Source: an uncultured Candidatus Micrarchaeota archaeon
GTDB taxonomy: Archaea; Micrarchaeota; Micrarchaeia; Anstonellales; J096
NCBI GenBank assembly: GCA_938083015.1
Contig: CALKCX010000010.1
Location: 1 to 56,692, forward strand
Length of the DNA stretch: 56,692 bases
Reading direction: 5' to 3'
Part shown: one piece after another, positions 19,139-27,974 of the stretch
How the letters are laid out: each line of letters starts with the position of its first letter
Numbering within the stretch: position 1 is the first letter of the stretch
Program-made: the position numbers and the translations under genes
The notes under the pieces: generated by a model
What the model was told of the DNA's origin: nothing
Database searches by the model: none
What the model saw: only the letters and a program-made list of their open reading frames with translations

Positions 19139-20761
19139 ATGGATAAAGATATTAGATCTATTGATGCTAACAAATTCTATCAGATTGGTTTAGAATACTT
19201 TAAAAAAGGAGACTATGAAAAAGCTAGGGAAAATTTTAGCAAAGTATTAGTATTAAATAGTGTAATGTCAGATGCTTATTTTTATAGAGCATTGTGTAAT
19301 TATTTTCTAAAAGATTACGATAACGCTTATAAAGATTATACTCGTGCCTTAGAGCTAGATCCTAAGAATCCGGTAATCTATAACAATAGAGGAGACATAT
19401 TATTTAAGAAAGGCCAGATAAATGAAGCTATAAAAGATTACGATAAGGCAATTATGTATGATCCGAATTATGTTAGAGCTTATCATAATAGAGGAATATG
19501 TTATGTTAGTTTAGAAAAATACGATAAAGCTCTTGAAGATTTTAACAAGGTAATTGAATTAGAACCTGATAATTCAGATGTATACTATCTTAGAGGAGTA
19601 TGTTATGAAAATTTAAACGATATAGAGAAGGCACAAGCAGATTTTCAGAAAGCTTTAGAATTAGATCCTGAAAATCTAGATGCTAAAGATAGATTAGAAA
19701 GTATACAGATGAAAAAAGGAGGTACATCTGGACAACAACAATCTGGAGATGTTAAAATACTTAAAGATATAAAATTGAATTTCAAAGATCTTGCAGGAAT
19801 GGAAAAATTAAAAGATGAACTTATGAATGGTATTGTTAGGCCTTTACAATACGCTCAACTTACAAAAGAATACGGCCTTATGGGGGGCGGGGGAATCTTA
19901 ATGTATGGTCCACCTGGTTGTGGTAAAACCTATTTCGTCAAAGCTGCTGCAGGAGAGGCAAAAGTAGCTTTTATAAACGTCAAATTATCCGATATATTAG
20001 ATATGTACGTAGGTAATACTGAGAAAAATATACATAAGGTATTTGAAGCTGCTAGAAAGAATGCTCCAGCAATACTGTTCTTCGATGAAGTAGATGCAAT
20101 AGGAGCAAGAAGAGACTCTGGAGGAGGAGAAGCTGGTCAAGCATTGAGATCTGCAATTAATCAATTCTTAACTGAAATGGATGGTATAGAGGCAAATAAT
20201 GAAAATGTATTGGTAATAGCAGCTACTAATGCACCTTGGGATGTAGATCCTGCTTTGAGAAGATCTGGAAGATTCTCGAGAACAATATACGTGCCCCCTC
20301 CTGATTTTCAAACTAGGGTAAAGATGCTTAAACTAAATAGTAGGGGAAGACCTATAGAGAAGAACATAGCATGGTTAAGATTAGGATTACTTACTGAAGG
20401 TTATTCTGCAGCAGATATCAAGGCCTTAAGTGATAAAGCTGCCCAGTATGCATGGTTAGATGCAATAGGTGGAAAGAAAAGACCTATTAGAACATCTGAT
20501 TATATAAAAGCAAGTGATGAAGTAAAAAGTTCACTAGGTCCTTGGTATGCTCAAGCTAGAAAGAAACTTGGAAGGAAGAAAGAGGTAATGTATATCGATG
20601 GAAAAAAGCATGAAAAAGAGATAGAATCTGATCTTGGTGAAGAAGAAAGACAACAGTTTAGAGATTTAATTAATATTGTGGAAAAAAACAACAAATGGTA
20701 TTATAAATTATATGTAGAAACGAAGAGGTTTATCGGTAAATACATACCTATACCCATATAA
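19139..20761 (+). CDS. TPR-repeat / AAA+ ATPase fusion protein
   Basis: Five 34-aa TPRs (e.g. AYHNRGICYVSLEKYDKALEDFNKVIELEPDN), then GPPGCGKT, LFFDEVDAI, ATNAPWDVDPALRRSGRF. Confidence 0.9.
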   Translation: MDKDIRSIDANKFYQIGLEYFKKGDYEKARENFSKVLVLNSVMSDAYFYRALCNYFLKDYDNAYKDYTRALELDPKNPVIYNNRGDILFKKGQINEAIKDYDKAIMYDPNYVRAYHNRGICYVSLEKYDKALEDFNKVIELEPDNSDVYYLRGVCYENLNDIEKAQADFQKALELDPENLDAKDRLESIQMKKGGTSGQQQSGDVKILKDIKLNFKDLAGMEKLKDELMNGIVRPLQYAQLTKEYGLMGGGGILMYGPPGCGKTYFVKAAAGEAKVAFINVKLSDILDMYVGNTEKNIHKVFEAARKNAPAILFFDEVDAIGARRDSGGGEAGQALRSAINQFLTEMDGIEANNENVLVIAATNAPWDVDPALRRSGRFSRTIYVPPPDFQTRVKMLKLNSRGRPIEKNIAWLRLGLLTEGYSAADIKALSDKAAQYAWLDAIGGKKRPIRTSDYIKASDEVKSSLGPWYAQARKKLGRKKEVMYIDGKKHEKEIESDLGEEERQQFRDLINIVEKNNKWYYKLYVETKRFIGKYIPIPI

Positions 20762-20791
20762 GTTTTTAAACATTTTGTTGTAATAAAAATT

Positions 20792-21439
20792 ATGTTAAGC
20801 AGAAGGGAGTTTTTAGGATATGGTTTAGGTATGGGTGTATTAGGAGTATTGGCAACTATGAATGAAATTGAAAAATCTAGTCGTAGATTTAAGAAAGAAG
20901 GAGAAGGTTATTCTATAGAAGCTAAAACGGGCGGAATATTAATTGAGGTTAATTTAGCTAATAAACATAGATTAATTCAAATAATGAATAGTATGTATTT
21001 CAAGGGACCTCATGCAACATTTGTTAGAGAGAAAGATGATAAACTCGAAGTTTTTATTGCATTATTAGAAGGATTTAAAAAACTTGTAATTCAAAGTGCT
21101 CATGATGAAGAAGTAATTTCAGCATCCCATTTATCTATATTTAGAAAATCTATGTTAGGTTTTTATTATGTAGGTGATACAAGAATTTCACATGAAATAT
21201 ACAGACGCTATATGAGTATTTATGTAGATCTTGGTGTTATTCCAGCAAGCAAAATATTAATAGCTGCCCCTAAAGATATAGAAGGTAGACGATATCATGC
21301 TGAAGTTGCCCATATATGGTCTGGAGTATCAATGGAAGGATATGTTATGTATAGAGATAACAATACAGATCCACAAGTTATTAGAGATAGAATAGATAAG
21401 TTAATGAAAGAATATTCGGAAAAATCTTCTAAAAAGTAA
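20792..21439 (+). CDS. Hypothetical protein with twin-arginine-like signal
   Basis: MLSRREFLGYGLGMGVLGVLA fits S-R-R-x-F-L. TTTAAA at 20765-20770. Confidence 0.6.
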   Translation: MLSRREFLGYGLGMGVLGVLATMNEIEKSSRRFKKEGEGYSIEAKTGGILIEVNLANKHRLIQIMNSMYFKGPHATFVREKDDKLEVFIALLEGFKKLVIQSAHDEEVISASHLSIFRKSMLGFYYVGDTRISHEIYRRYMSIYVDLGVIPASKILIAAPKDIEGRRYHAEVAHIWSGVSMEGYVMYRDNNTDPQVIRDRIDKLMKEYSEKSSKK

Positions 21440-21445
21440 AACATC

Positions 21446-21531
21446 TGGGGCTGCTGGGATTTGAACCCAGACTAACAGGTTTCTTCTTTTTAACTGGAGC
21501 CTGTTGTGCTGCCTGGTTACACCACAGCCCC
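21446..21531 (-). tRNA. trnW: tRNA-Trp(CCA) with a 13-nt intron at 37/38 (intron 21481-21493)
   Basis: Folded by hand: acceptor GGGGCTG/CAGCCCC, D stem GTGT/GCAC, anticodon stem ACAGG/CCTGT, loop CTCCAG-[TTAAAAAGAAGAA]-A, T arm CTGGG-TTCAAAT-CCCAG. 73 nt after splicing; CCA end not encoded. Confidence 0.95.
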
Positions 21532-21555
21532 TATTAATAATTTAAACAAAACTTT

Positions 21556-22203
21556 TTAATATTCTAAATAATCAATTAGTTTCATTTCCTCTATACCTGT
21601 TGTGTCTTTACCGATTATTACCAATTCATCATTTCCAACAGCACAGTATTTTACAAAATTAAAACCTGCATTTAAAGATCCGAGATATCCTCTTTTTCCC
21701 AATACCTGTTCAGCTATCTTTAAACCAGATTCTCCTACTTTATAGCCAATTACAAAAGCTTTACTATTCTCAAATATTAAAGAACCAATGGTATTAAAAC
21801 CACCAATACTAATAGGTAAGACTTCTTTTCCAAATACATCTTCTAAAAATTTTACAATCTTCTTCTCAAGATTGGGATTGACAATTATTCTTTTCTCTCC
21901 AATATGTATATTATTGCCAAGAGCATTTTTAAGACTAGGTATTTCAAATATTTCTACACCTTCTTTTTTTATCATCATGATTTCATCTAATTCTTTCTGT
22001 TCAAGATTTTTAGGATATAACAATACGCCGTGTTTCATTACAATATATAATCCGATCATTTCAGAACCGTATGAAGTAATAGCAAAAGATCGAAAATTTT
22101 CTAATTTAAGTTTAGTAGAATGTGGATATAGAAAAATATCCGAATCTATAATATAGTATAGGCCAACTAATTCAGAATTTCTATGAGCTGCTCTTATTAA
22201 CAT
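21556..22203 (-). CDS. eif6: Translation initiation factor 6 (aIF6)
   Basis: NSELVGLY, NALGNNIHI, SIGGFNTIGS, GSLNAGFNFV..GKDTTGIE; follows L39e-L31e as in the conserved archaeal operon. Confidence 0.9.
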   Translation of the reverse strand: MLIRAAHRNSELVGLYYIIDSDIFLYPHSTKLKLENFRSFAITSYGSEMIGLYIVMKHGVLLYPKNLEQKELDEIMMIKKEGVEIFEIPSLKNALGNNIHIGEKRIIVNPNLEKKIVKFLEDVFGKEVLPISIGGFNTIGSLIFENSKAFVIGYKVGESGLKIAEQVLGKRGYLGSLNAGFNFVKYCAVGNDELVIIGKDTTGIEEMKLIDYLEY

Positions 22204-22456
22204 CAGGTTTTTCCTCTATTTTTTCATTGACATCCAATACATACACAATATTATCTTTTCTAACTAGCTTTACAAGTATTCTCTTTGGTAAATTAGAGTA
22301 TTTTAATTTTTCATTTATCTTTTGAGATATCTTAGCAATTGTGCCTTTACCATGTCTTAATGCTAACTCTCTAACAAGTCTTATTCCTACTCTATGTCTC
22401 TTAGTTCTGGGCTTTTTTAATACTCTAGCTAGATTAAAAGTAAGTATTTTTTCCAT
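22181..22456 (-). CDS. rpl31e: 50S ribosomal protein L31e
   Basis: EKILTFNLARVLKKPRTKRHRVGIRLVRE..RHGK; operon context; SD AGGTGA. Confidence 0.9.
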   Translation of the reverse strand: MEKILTFNLARVLKKPRTKRHRVGIRLVRELALRHGKGTIAKISQKINEKLKYSNLPKRILVKLVRKDNIVYVLDVNEKIEEKPDVNKSSS

Positions 22457-22462
22457 AATTAA

Positions 22463-22642
22463 TCACCTAAACACTTTCTTTCTCATATAATATGTATTAA
22501 GTTTTGAATATCTCCAACTTCTTCTAGCATTGGGTGAATAAGCTTTCATATTCGTTTTAATTCTTACAAATACAGGTGGTAATCTTCTCGATTTATTCTT
22601 TGATATCAACCATAATTTAAGATCTAAATTCTTTTTGCCCAT
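22463..22642 (-). CDS. rpl39e: 50S ribosomal protein L39e
   Basis: MGKKN..KLWL..K..RRLPPVFVRIKT..RRSWRYSKL. Start 22642 with TATA at 22667-22672. Confidence 0.88.
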   Translation of the reverse strand: MGKKNLDLKLWLISKNKSRRLPPVFVRIKTNMKAYSPNARRSWRYSKLNTYYMRKKVFR

Positions 22643-22675
22643 GCTTTTTAATAATAACACAAACTTTTAAATTCT

Positions 22676-24058
22676 TTATTTAAGTTGATCTAATATGTTT
22701 AAATCTTTGCGCATCAACATCGATTTTATATTTTCAAGATTTTGATACATCATCTTTATTCTCTTATTAGCTATTCTATAACTTATTTCATCGTATGTAC
22801 CTTTAGTTATTAATATATAAACATCTCCATCTCTAGTTCTTGCAGTCCTTCCCATTCTCTGAATTACTCTTATTGGACTGGGTATTGATTCGTAGAATAC
22901 TACATAATCAGCTGCAGGTAAATCCAATCCTTCTTCTCCTACACTTGAAGATAATAATACTTTAGCTCGTCCATCTACGAATTTCTGTATACTCTCCATC
23001 TGTCTTTTCTTAGATATCCCCCCGCCTATAAGTATATCGTGCTCTATATTATTTTTAGTCAATATATCAGATAAATGAAATATCTGTGCTTTGTATTGAC
23101 TAAATACTATACCTTGTTTAGTTTTTTCATCTGATAATATCTTAAGTAAAAGCTCTGTTTTAGGATGTACATTTTGTTTAGATTTGAGAATTTTTATCAA
23201 TTCATCAACTATTTCTAATTGAGATTTCGAACCTTGATCTTTTAAATCTTCTAAATATCTAATAGAAGCTTCAATACTCTGAATTTCTATAAGTTCTTTT
23301 AGATGTATATATGTAAGAAGTTTTGAATAACTTTGCCATAGTTTCCATTTATCATTAGTTTCAATTTGATCTATACGTTCACCGACTTCTTTTACATTAT
23401 ACTTGTTTATTCTAATATTTAATCTAGGTTGTAATTCTTCTTTGATAATTTTTATTCTTTCATTTAACATATCTAAAATATCGTTGTAATCTTTTGGTAG
23501 TCTGACCATATATGTTTTAATATTTCTAATATGTAAATGTTTTAATATCTCTGGATCGTCTTCTCTTCTATATTCTATCATATTTATCCTTAGATTTTTA
23601 ATTATCTGCCATATCTTATCTATATCATGGCCTGGTGAAGCTGTCAACCCCATAGTTCTAGAATTACTAAAATGTTGAGCTATTTTAACATAATCGTAAT
23701 TACCTACTGCTCTATGGGCCTCATCAAATACTATAAAATCAAAATGATTTTTAGAAATAATATCAATATCATTCATTATTGTTTGTGGAGTAGCAAATAT
23801 AAATCTGTTTTCATAATTCCTATTCTTAACAGTCCCTGTTGCTATCTCTACTTGATCAATACCAATGAATTCTCTAAAACTTTTGCTATGTTGTTCTACT
23901 AATGGTTTTGTAGGAGCTAAAAACAATGCCCTTCTATATCTTTGTATAACGTGAAAAGCTATTAAAGTCTTTCCTAGACCTGTAGGTAAAACTACTAATG
24001 TGTTTTTAAACAACGCCGTTCTAATGATATCTTTTTGATAATCTCTAAGTTCAATCAT
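22676..24058 (-). CDS. hef: Hef/FANCM-like SF2 helicase (no C-terminal ERCC4 nuclease domain)
   Basis: LRDYQ, LPTGLGKT, LAPTKPLVEQH, DEAHRAVGNYDY, GLTASPG, VGEEGLD, QRMGRTAR. Confidence 0.88.
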   Translation of the reverse strand: MIELRDYQKDIIRTALFKNTLVVLPTGLGKTLIAFHVIQRYRRALFLAPTKPLVEQHSKSFREFIGIDQVEIATGTVKNRNYENRFIFATPQTIMNDIDIISKNHFDFIVFDEAHRAVGNYDYVKIAQHFSNSRTMGLTASPGHDIDKIWQIIKNLRINMIEYRREDDPEILKHLHIRNIKTYMVRLPKDYNDILDMLNERIKIIKEELQPRLNIRINKYNVKEVGERIDQIETNDKWKLWQSYSKLLTYIHLKELIEIQSIEASIRYLEDLKDQGSKSQLEIVDELIKILKSKQNVHPKTELLLKILSDEKTKQGIVFSQYKAQIFHLSDILTKNNIEHDILIGGGISKKRQMESIQKFVDGRAKVLLSSSVGEEGLDLPAADYVVFYESIPSPIRVIQRMGRTARTRDGDVYILITKGTYDEISYRIANKRIKMMYQNLENIKSMLMRKDLNILDQLK

Positions 24059-25473
24059 TTTATCATTATATCTATATTTGCATCTTGAAGCATTGCCATA
24101 TATCTCTTAATTCTTTTATACTCTTTCTTATTTACCAATATGTATTTTTTTCCATTTATTATTCTTGTCTCATACTTAGACAATATCTTTTGCAATATAT
24201 CATTCATAACAGGCATTAATACAATTTCATCTCCAAACTTATAGATTTCATATAATAGTATACCTTTATTGTAATCTCTTATTTCAACTACAGGTCTTGT
24301 TAAATCGGTTTCTTTCATTCCAGTAGGCATCTTCATAGTCAATCTAAGTTCTAATATTTTATCAATATCCCCTTTATCTATAAATAATACGGTATCTATA
24401 ACATGGGGCAATAACCCCAATTCAACTCTTCCTATAAATCTATGTATTGCATCTATTGCAGAATTAGCATGTACTATACCGACCATACCAATTCCAGCTA
24501 ATCTCATGTCTGAATAGAATTTAAAATCTTCTTCTGATCTTATCTCATCGAATATTACATAGTCTGGTCTTACCAATAATAATAGATCCTTCAATCTTTC
24601 TATATTTATAAGATTTTTAGAATATTGAGTTATCGATTTATCCACTCTCATATCTCGTGGTTGTTCTACAGTCTTAACTATCTTTTTCATATTAGCATAA
24701 TAATTAGCAAGAGCTGCTGCAAATGTAGTCTTACCTGAACCAGGTGCACCGGCAATGACAATACCATTAGCATTGTTTATTCTATCCAATAATCCTTGTA
24801 TTGAATATTGCGATATATCTAATTTAGATGTAGCTTTAACAATAGTCACTTCATTTTGTTCAGATAAAGGAAAATAAGATATGACTATTCGCATATCTCC
24901 TATTTGAATTACCCTCATATCTTTATCTTTTATATCGTATTCTAATCCATGTTCTCTAGCATACATATCAATATCTAATAATAGCTTATCGATATTTATG
25001 TTAACATCTAATTTTTCCAATACCCAATTTCCAGGTGTACCTACTTTTCTATATACGTCTTTTTTTATATGCAACGACATAGTCTTATTATCAAATAGTC
25101 TATAAATATAATCGAGATTTACATCGTAATCTAATTTTTCTACATCTACTCCAATAGATCTTGCTAAAAGATACATAGCTTTGTCATAAGTATATAGCTT
25201 TGCCTCTAGAGATTTAGCAAGATCAACAATGTATTTATCTATAAACTGGCCAGATATGTTATTTAAAGACTCTCCTACTATTCTAGAGTTATAATTTTTT
25301 ATTATCTTATCCAATCTATCAAATCCGATTTCTGCTATTCTTTTTCTATTACTATCGTATATATGTTTGAGCTCATCTACTACTGGTCTTGGAATTAATA
25401 TTTCTTTATCGATAATAAGTTTATCATCTATACCTATTATAAAAACATTCGTATCTAAGATTACGCTATTCAT
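24055..25473 (-). CDS. PIN domain / ATPase fusion PINA (Holliday junction branch-migration ATPase family)
   Basis: N-terminal PIN (VILDTNV), GAPGSGKTTF, LLVRPDYVIFDEIR, GMVGIVHA, RVELGLLPHVIDT. SD GGTGA supports ATG 25473. Confidence 0.88.
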   Translation of the reverse strand: MNSVILDTNVFIIGIDDKLIIDKEILIPRPVVDELKHIYDSNRKRIAEIGFDRLDKIIKNYNSRIVGESLNNISGQFIDKYIVDLAKSLEAKLYTYDKAMYLLARSIGVDVEKLDYDVNLDYIYRLFDNKTMSLHIKKDVYRKVGTPGNWVLEKLDVNINIDKLLLDIDMYAREHGLEYDIKDKDMRVIQIGDMRIVISYFPLSEQNEVTIVKATSKLDISQYSIQGLLDRINNANGIVIAGAPGSGKTTFAAALANYYANMKKIVKTVEQPRDMRVDKSITQYSKNLINIERLKDLLLLVRPDYVIFDEIRSEEDFKFYSDMRLAGIGMVGIVHANSAIDAIHRFIGRVELGLLPHVIDTVLFIDKGDIDKILELRLTMKMPTGMKETDLTRPVVEIRDYNKGILLYEIYKFGDEIVLMPVMNDILQKILSKYETRIINGKKYILVNKKEYKRIKRYMAMLQDANIDIMIK

Positions 25474-25870
25474 CGGCAATCACCAATCTTAATGAATGAT
25501 TCGGCAATATATTTCTAATGCGCTCAACATTTGATTTTACATGTTCTAAATCCTTAGCTCTTATGATGATCAATAAGTTATAATCATCAATTATATTGTA
25601 TACGCTTTCCACAAAAGGATATTGCTTAATAGTCTTAATATTTATATTCTTATCGGTTTTTACGTATAGTAAAACAACATTTTTATAACCAAGAGATTTC
25701 CAATCTATTTCTATAGTATTGTTTAATATACCAGCTTTCTTCAATCTAGATAGTCTATAATGTACTGTTGATATTGGTAAATCTAAAGATTTTGATAACT
25801 CTTTAAGTTTTAATCTTTTGTTCATCTTCATCTCAGCTATTATCATTTCATCAATTTCATCCAGTTTCAT
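25466..25870 (-). CDS. Lrp/AsnC family transcriptional regulator
   Basis: LDEIDEMII..LKELSKSLDLPISTVHYRLSRLKKAGIL..IDWKSLGY. Confidence 0.9.
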   Translation of the reverse strand: MKLDEIDEMIIAEMKMNKRLKLKELSKSLDLPISTVHYRLSRLKKAGILNNTIEIDWKSLGYKNVVLLYVKTDKNINIKTIKQYPFVESVYNIIDDYNLLIIIRAKDLEHVKSNVERIRNILPNHSLRLVIADE

Positions 25871-25904
25871 AAGAATATTGATTAATAAAAAACCATTTAA
25901 ATAT

Positions 25905-26462
25905 TTACTTTTTGTAATATTTTATAATGACAAATAGCAGTATTATTACGATAATCAAAATTTCAAATTTGTCTTTAAAAGGGGCCAAGTAATCTAATAT
26001 ATTTTCTCCGAAAATACTTGCTCCATAGGCCATTGATATAAAGGTAACTCCTCTTGCAATTATCGATAATATGATAAATTTTGTTAAATTGTATTCTAAA
26101 ATTCCAGATACCCAGGTTACCAGTTTATAAGGTATTGGACTTATAGCTGCTATGATAATAAAATAATCCCCATATTTATTATAAAAATTCTTAACTTCTT
26201 CTATCTTTTTTGGATCTAATCCAATTATTTTTCTTAAATTATGAAATTTTTCTGAATAAACTATTAAGTCTTTCAAGTTTTTTCCTAAGATATACGCTAT
26301 AACAGCACCTGTAACAGAACCCATTGTAACTGTTATTCCGTATAACCACCAATACTCTGGATTTAATACCACCATTGATATTAACAAGATAGCTATTGGA
26401 ATAGGCCATATTATAGATTCTAATAAAGACCATACAAATGCAATTATAATAGAGCGAATCAT
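25905..26462 (-). CDS. YqaA/DedA (VTT domain) membrane protein
   Basis: ESIIWPIP, GSVTGAVIAYILG, AAISPIPYKLVTWVSG..FIILSIIARG. Confidence 0.85.
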   Translation of the reverse strand: MIRSIIIAFVWSLLESIIWPIPIAILLISMVVLNPEYWWLYGITVTMGSVTGAVIAYILGKNLKDLIVYSEKFHNLRKIIGLDPKKIEEVKNFYNKYGDYFIIIAAISPIPYKLVTWVSGILEYNLTKFIILSIIARGVTFISMAYGASIFGENILDYLAPFKDKFEILIIVIILLFVIIKYYKK

Positions 26463-27928
26463 AGTAGATCTTTTTTTACTCTCTCTACTCCTAAAGCATA
26501 TATCAATTTTCCTAATCTAGGACCTTTATCTTTACCTATTAGATGGTTATAAAAATATTTAAATACTTCTGCAGGTAAGTATCCATTTGATTTAGCATAA
26601 TCATATATAGAATTATGAATTTGAATGGCATCCATATCTTCTGTCCAACTTATTACTAATTCTCTATGCTTATCAATCTTAACAGGCCTATAGCTAAAAT
26701 TGTAATCATCAGGTATAAAATCAATCTTAAACCAATTCTCTATATAGGTTTTATAGTAATCTTCTATTTTAATATGATTTTGCACTTTATTCCAATCTTT
26801 ATATATTGAATAATAAAGCAACATCTCTTTAAAACTATTTCTATTTTTTCCAAATAGTTTAAAGGCCACATATCTTTTTCTATCAGCTCTACTTAATTCT
26901 TGATTATCAATCTTAGAAGCGTTTTCATAATCATCTATCATATTAAGTATTTTCTCTTTAGTAGGGTTAAAATCAATATTTTCTTCAAGATCATATTTTA
27001 GAAGATGATAAGCTATTATCTCTGGTGGAACTAATTTTATCATATCTCTAACATACATTCCAATCCCTTTACTCTTAGAGTATTTTTTTCCATCTAATAA
27101 TACAAATCCGTACTTATAACCAATTGGAGGTTCTCTACCTAGTAATTCTCTATGTATTCTCTCCGCCGTATCTCTACTACCTCCTTTTGTAAAATGATCA
27201 ACTCCCCCACCTTCTATATCAGTATTTAAAATTGCTTGCCATGTTGGCCAATGTAATCGCCATTGTAGTTTATACATATGCTTTTCTATACTATTCTCTC
27301 CTATATAACCACAAGATTTACATTTATACTTATAAATACCATTATTGAATTCTGTTATTACTGTATTATCTATTCGACCACAATTTTCACATATGGCCAT
27401 AATGGGTGACCAATCTTTACTCAATTCTCTATTAGATGTTTCACTAATTATATTCTTTACCTTTTCTAGATTATCCATATACAATATAGTATACTTATCG
27501 TAAGCTCCCATTCTATACAATTCACTTACTTTGATTAATTTAAAATTAGTTTCAAAAGCATTCATAATATTTTGAAGCTCTGCTATATACCTATCGGCAT
27601 AACTTACGTATTCTCCCTTTGGATCTTTTACAATTTCTAAAGGTCTACCTATGTTTTTATTTAAATCTTCTTCGTATTCTTTAAGATCAATAGTTATTGA
27701 ATCAAGAGCATCTAAAACATCTAATATAAAATACATCTTAACATCTATATTTGGATTTTTTATCTTTACCATTCTATATATAGCTTCTGGAAAGAGAAAT
27801 TCACATACAGTACCAAGATGTACTGGCCCAGAAGGAGTAACTCCTGCTGTTATTACAATTGTAGATTTACCTAATTTAATTAACTGATCTGCAATTCTCT
27901 CAGTCCAATGCCAATACATAATATTCAT
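26459..27928 (-). CDS. lysS: Class I lysyl-tRNA synthetase
   Basis: TPSGPVHLG (HIGH-like), CENC..CKSC zinc knuckles, KLQWRLHWP, GGGVDH, KYSKSKG, GPRLG. Confidence 0.95.
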   Translation of the reverse strand: MNIMYWHWTERIADQLIKLGKSTIVITAGVTPSGPVHLGTVCEFLFPEAIYRMVKIKNPNIDVKMYFILDVLDALDSITIDLKEYEEDLNKNIGRPLEIVKDPKGEYVSYADRYIAELQNIMNAFETNFKLIKVSELYRMGAYDKYTILYMDNLEKVKNIISETSNRELSKDWSPIMAICENCGRIDNTVITEFNNGIYKYKCKSCGYIGENSIEKHMYKLQWRLHWPTWQAILNTDIEGGGVDHFTKGGSRDTAERIHRELLGREPPIGYKYGFVLLDGKKYSKSKGIGMYVRDMIKLVPPEIIAYHLLKYDLEENIDFNPTKEKILNMIDDYENASKIDNQELSRADRKRYVAFKLFGKNRNSFKEMLLYYSIYKDWNKVQNHIKIEDYYKTYIENWFKIDFIPDDYNFSYRPVKIDKHRELVISWTEDMDAIQIHNSIYDYAKSNGYLPAEVFKYFYNHLIGKDKGPRLGKLIYALGVERVKKDLL

Positions 27929-27974
27929 TATTTTTATAAGATGATTTTTAAAATATACTATTTTTTATTAACAC

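Noticed and set aside
19882-19893. G-rich tract in the TPR-AAA gene
   Set aside because: It encodes in-frame MGGGG before Walker A, and the frame is intact.
19139-20761. Vps4/CdvC cell-division ATPase
   Set aside because: The N-terminus is true 34-aa TPRs rather than a MIT domain, the SRH reads RRSGRF (CDC48-like), and there are no ESCRT-III genes in the window.
24055-25473. VirB11/PilT-like ATPase as the motor of the CedA-like operon
   Set aside because: It carries an N-terminal PIN domain and PINA-specific motifs, is coupled to Hef, and lies about 18 kb away; a repair role explains it better.
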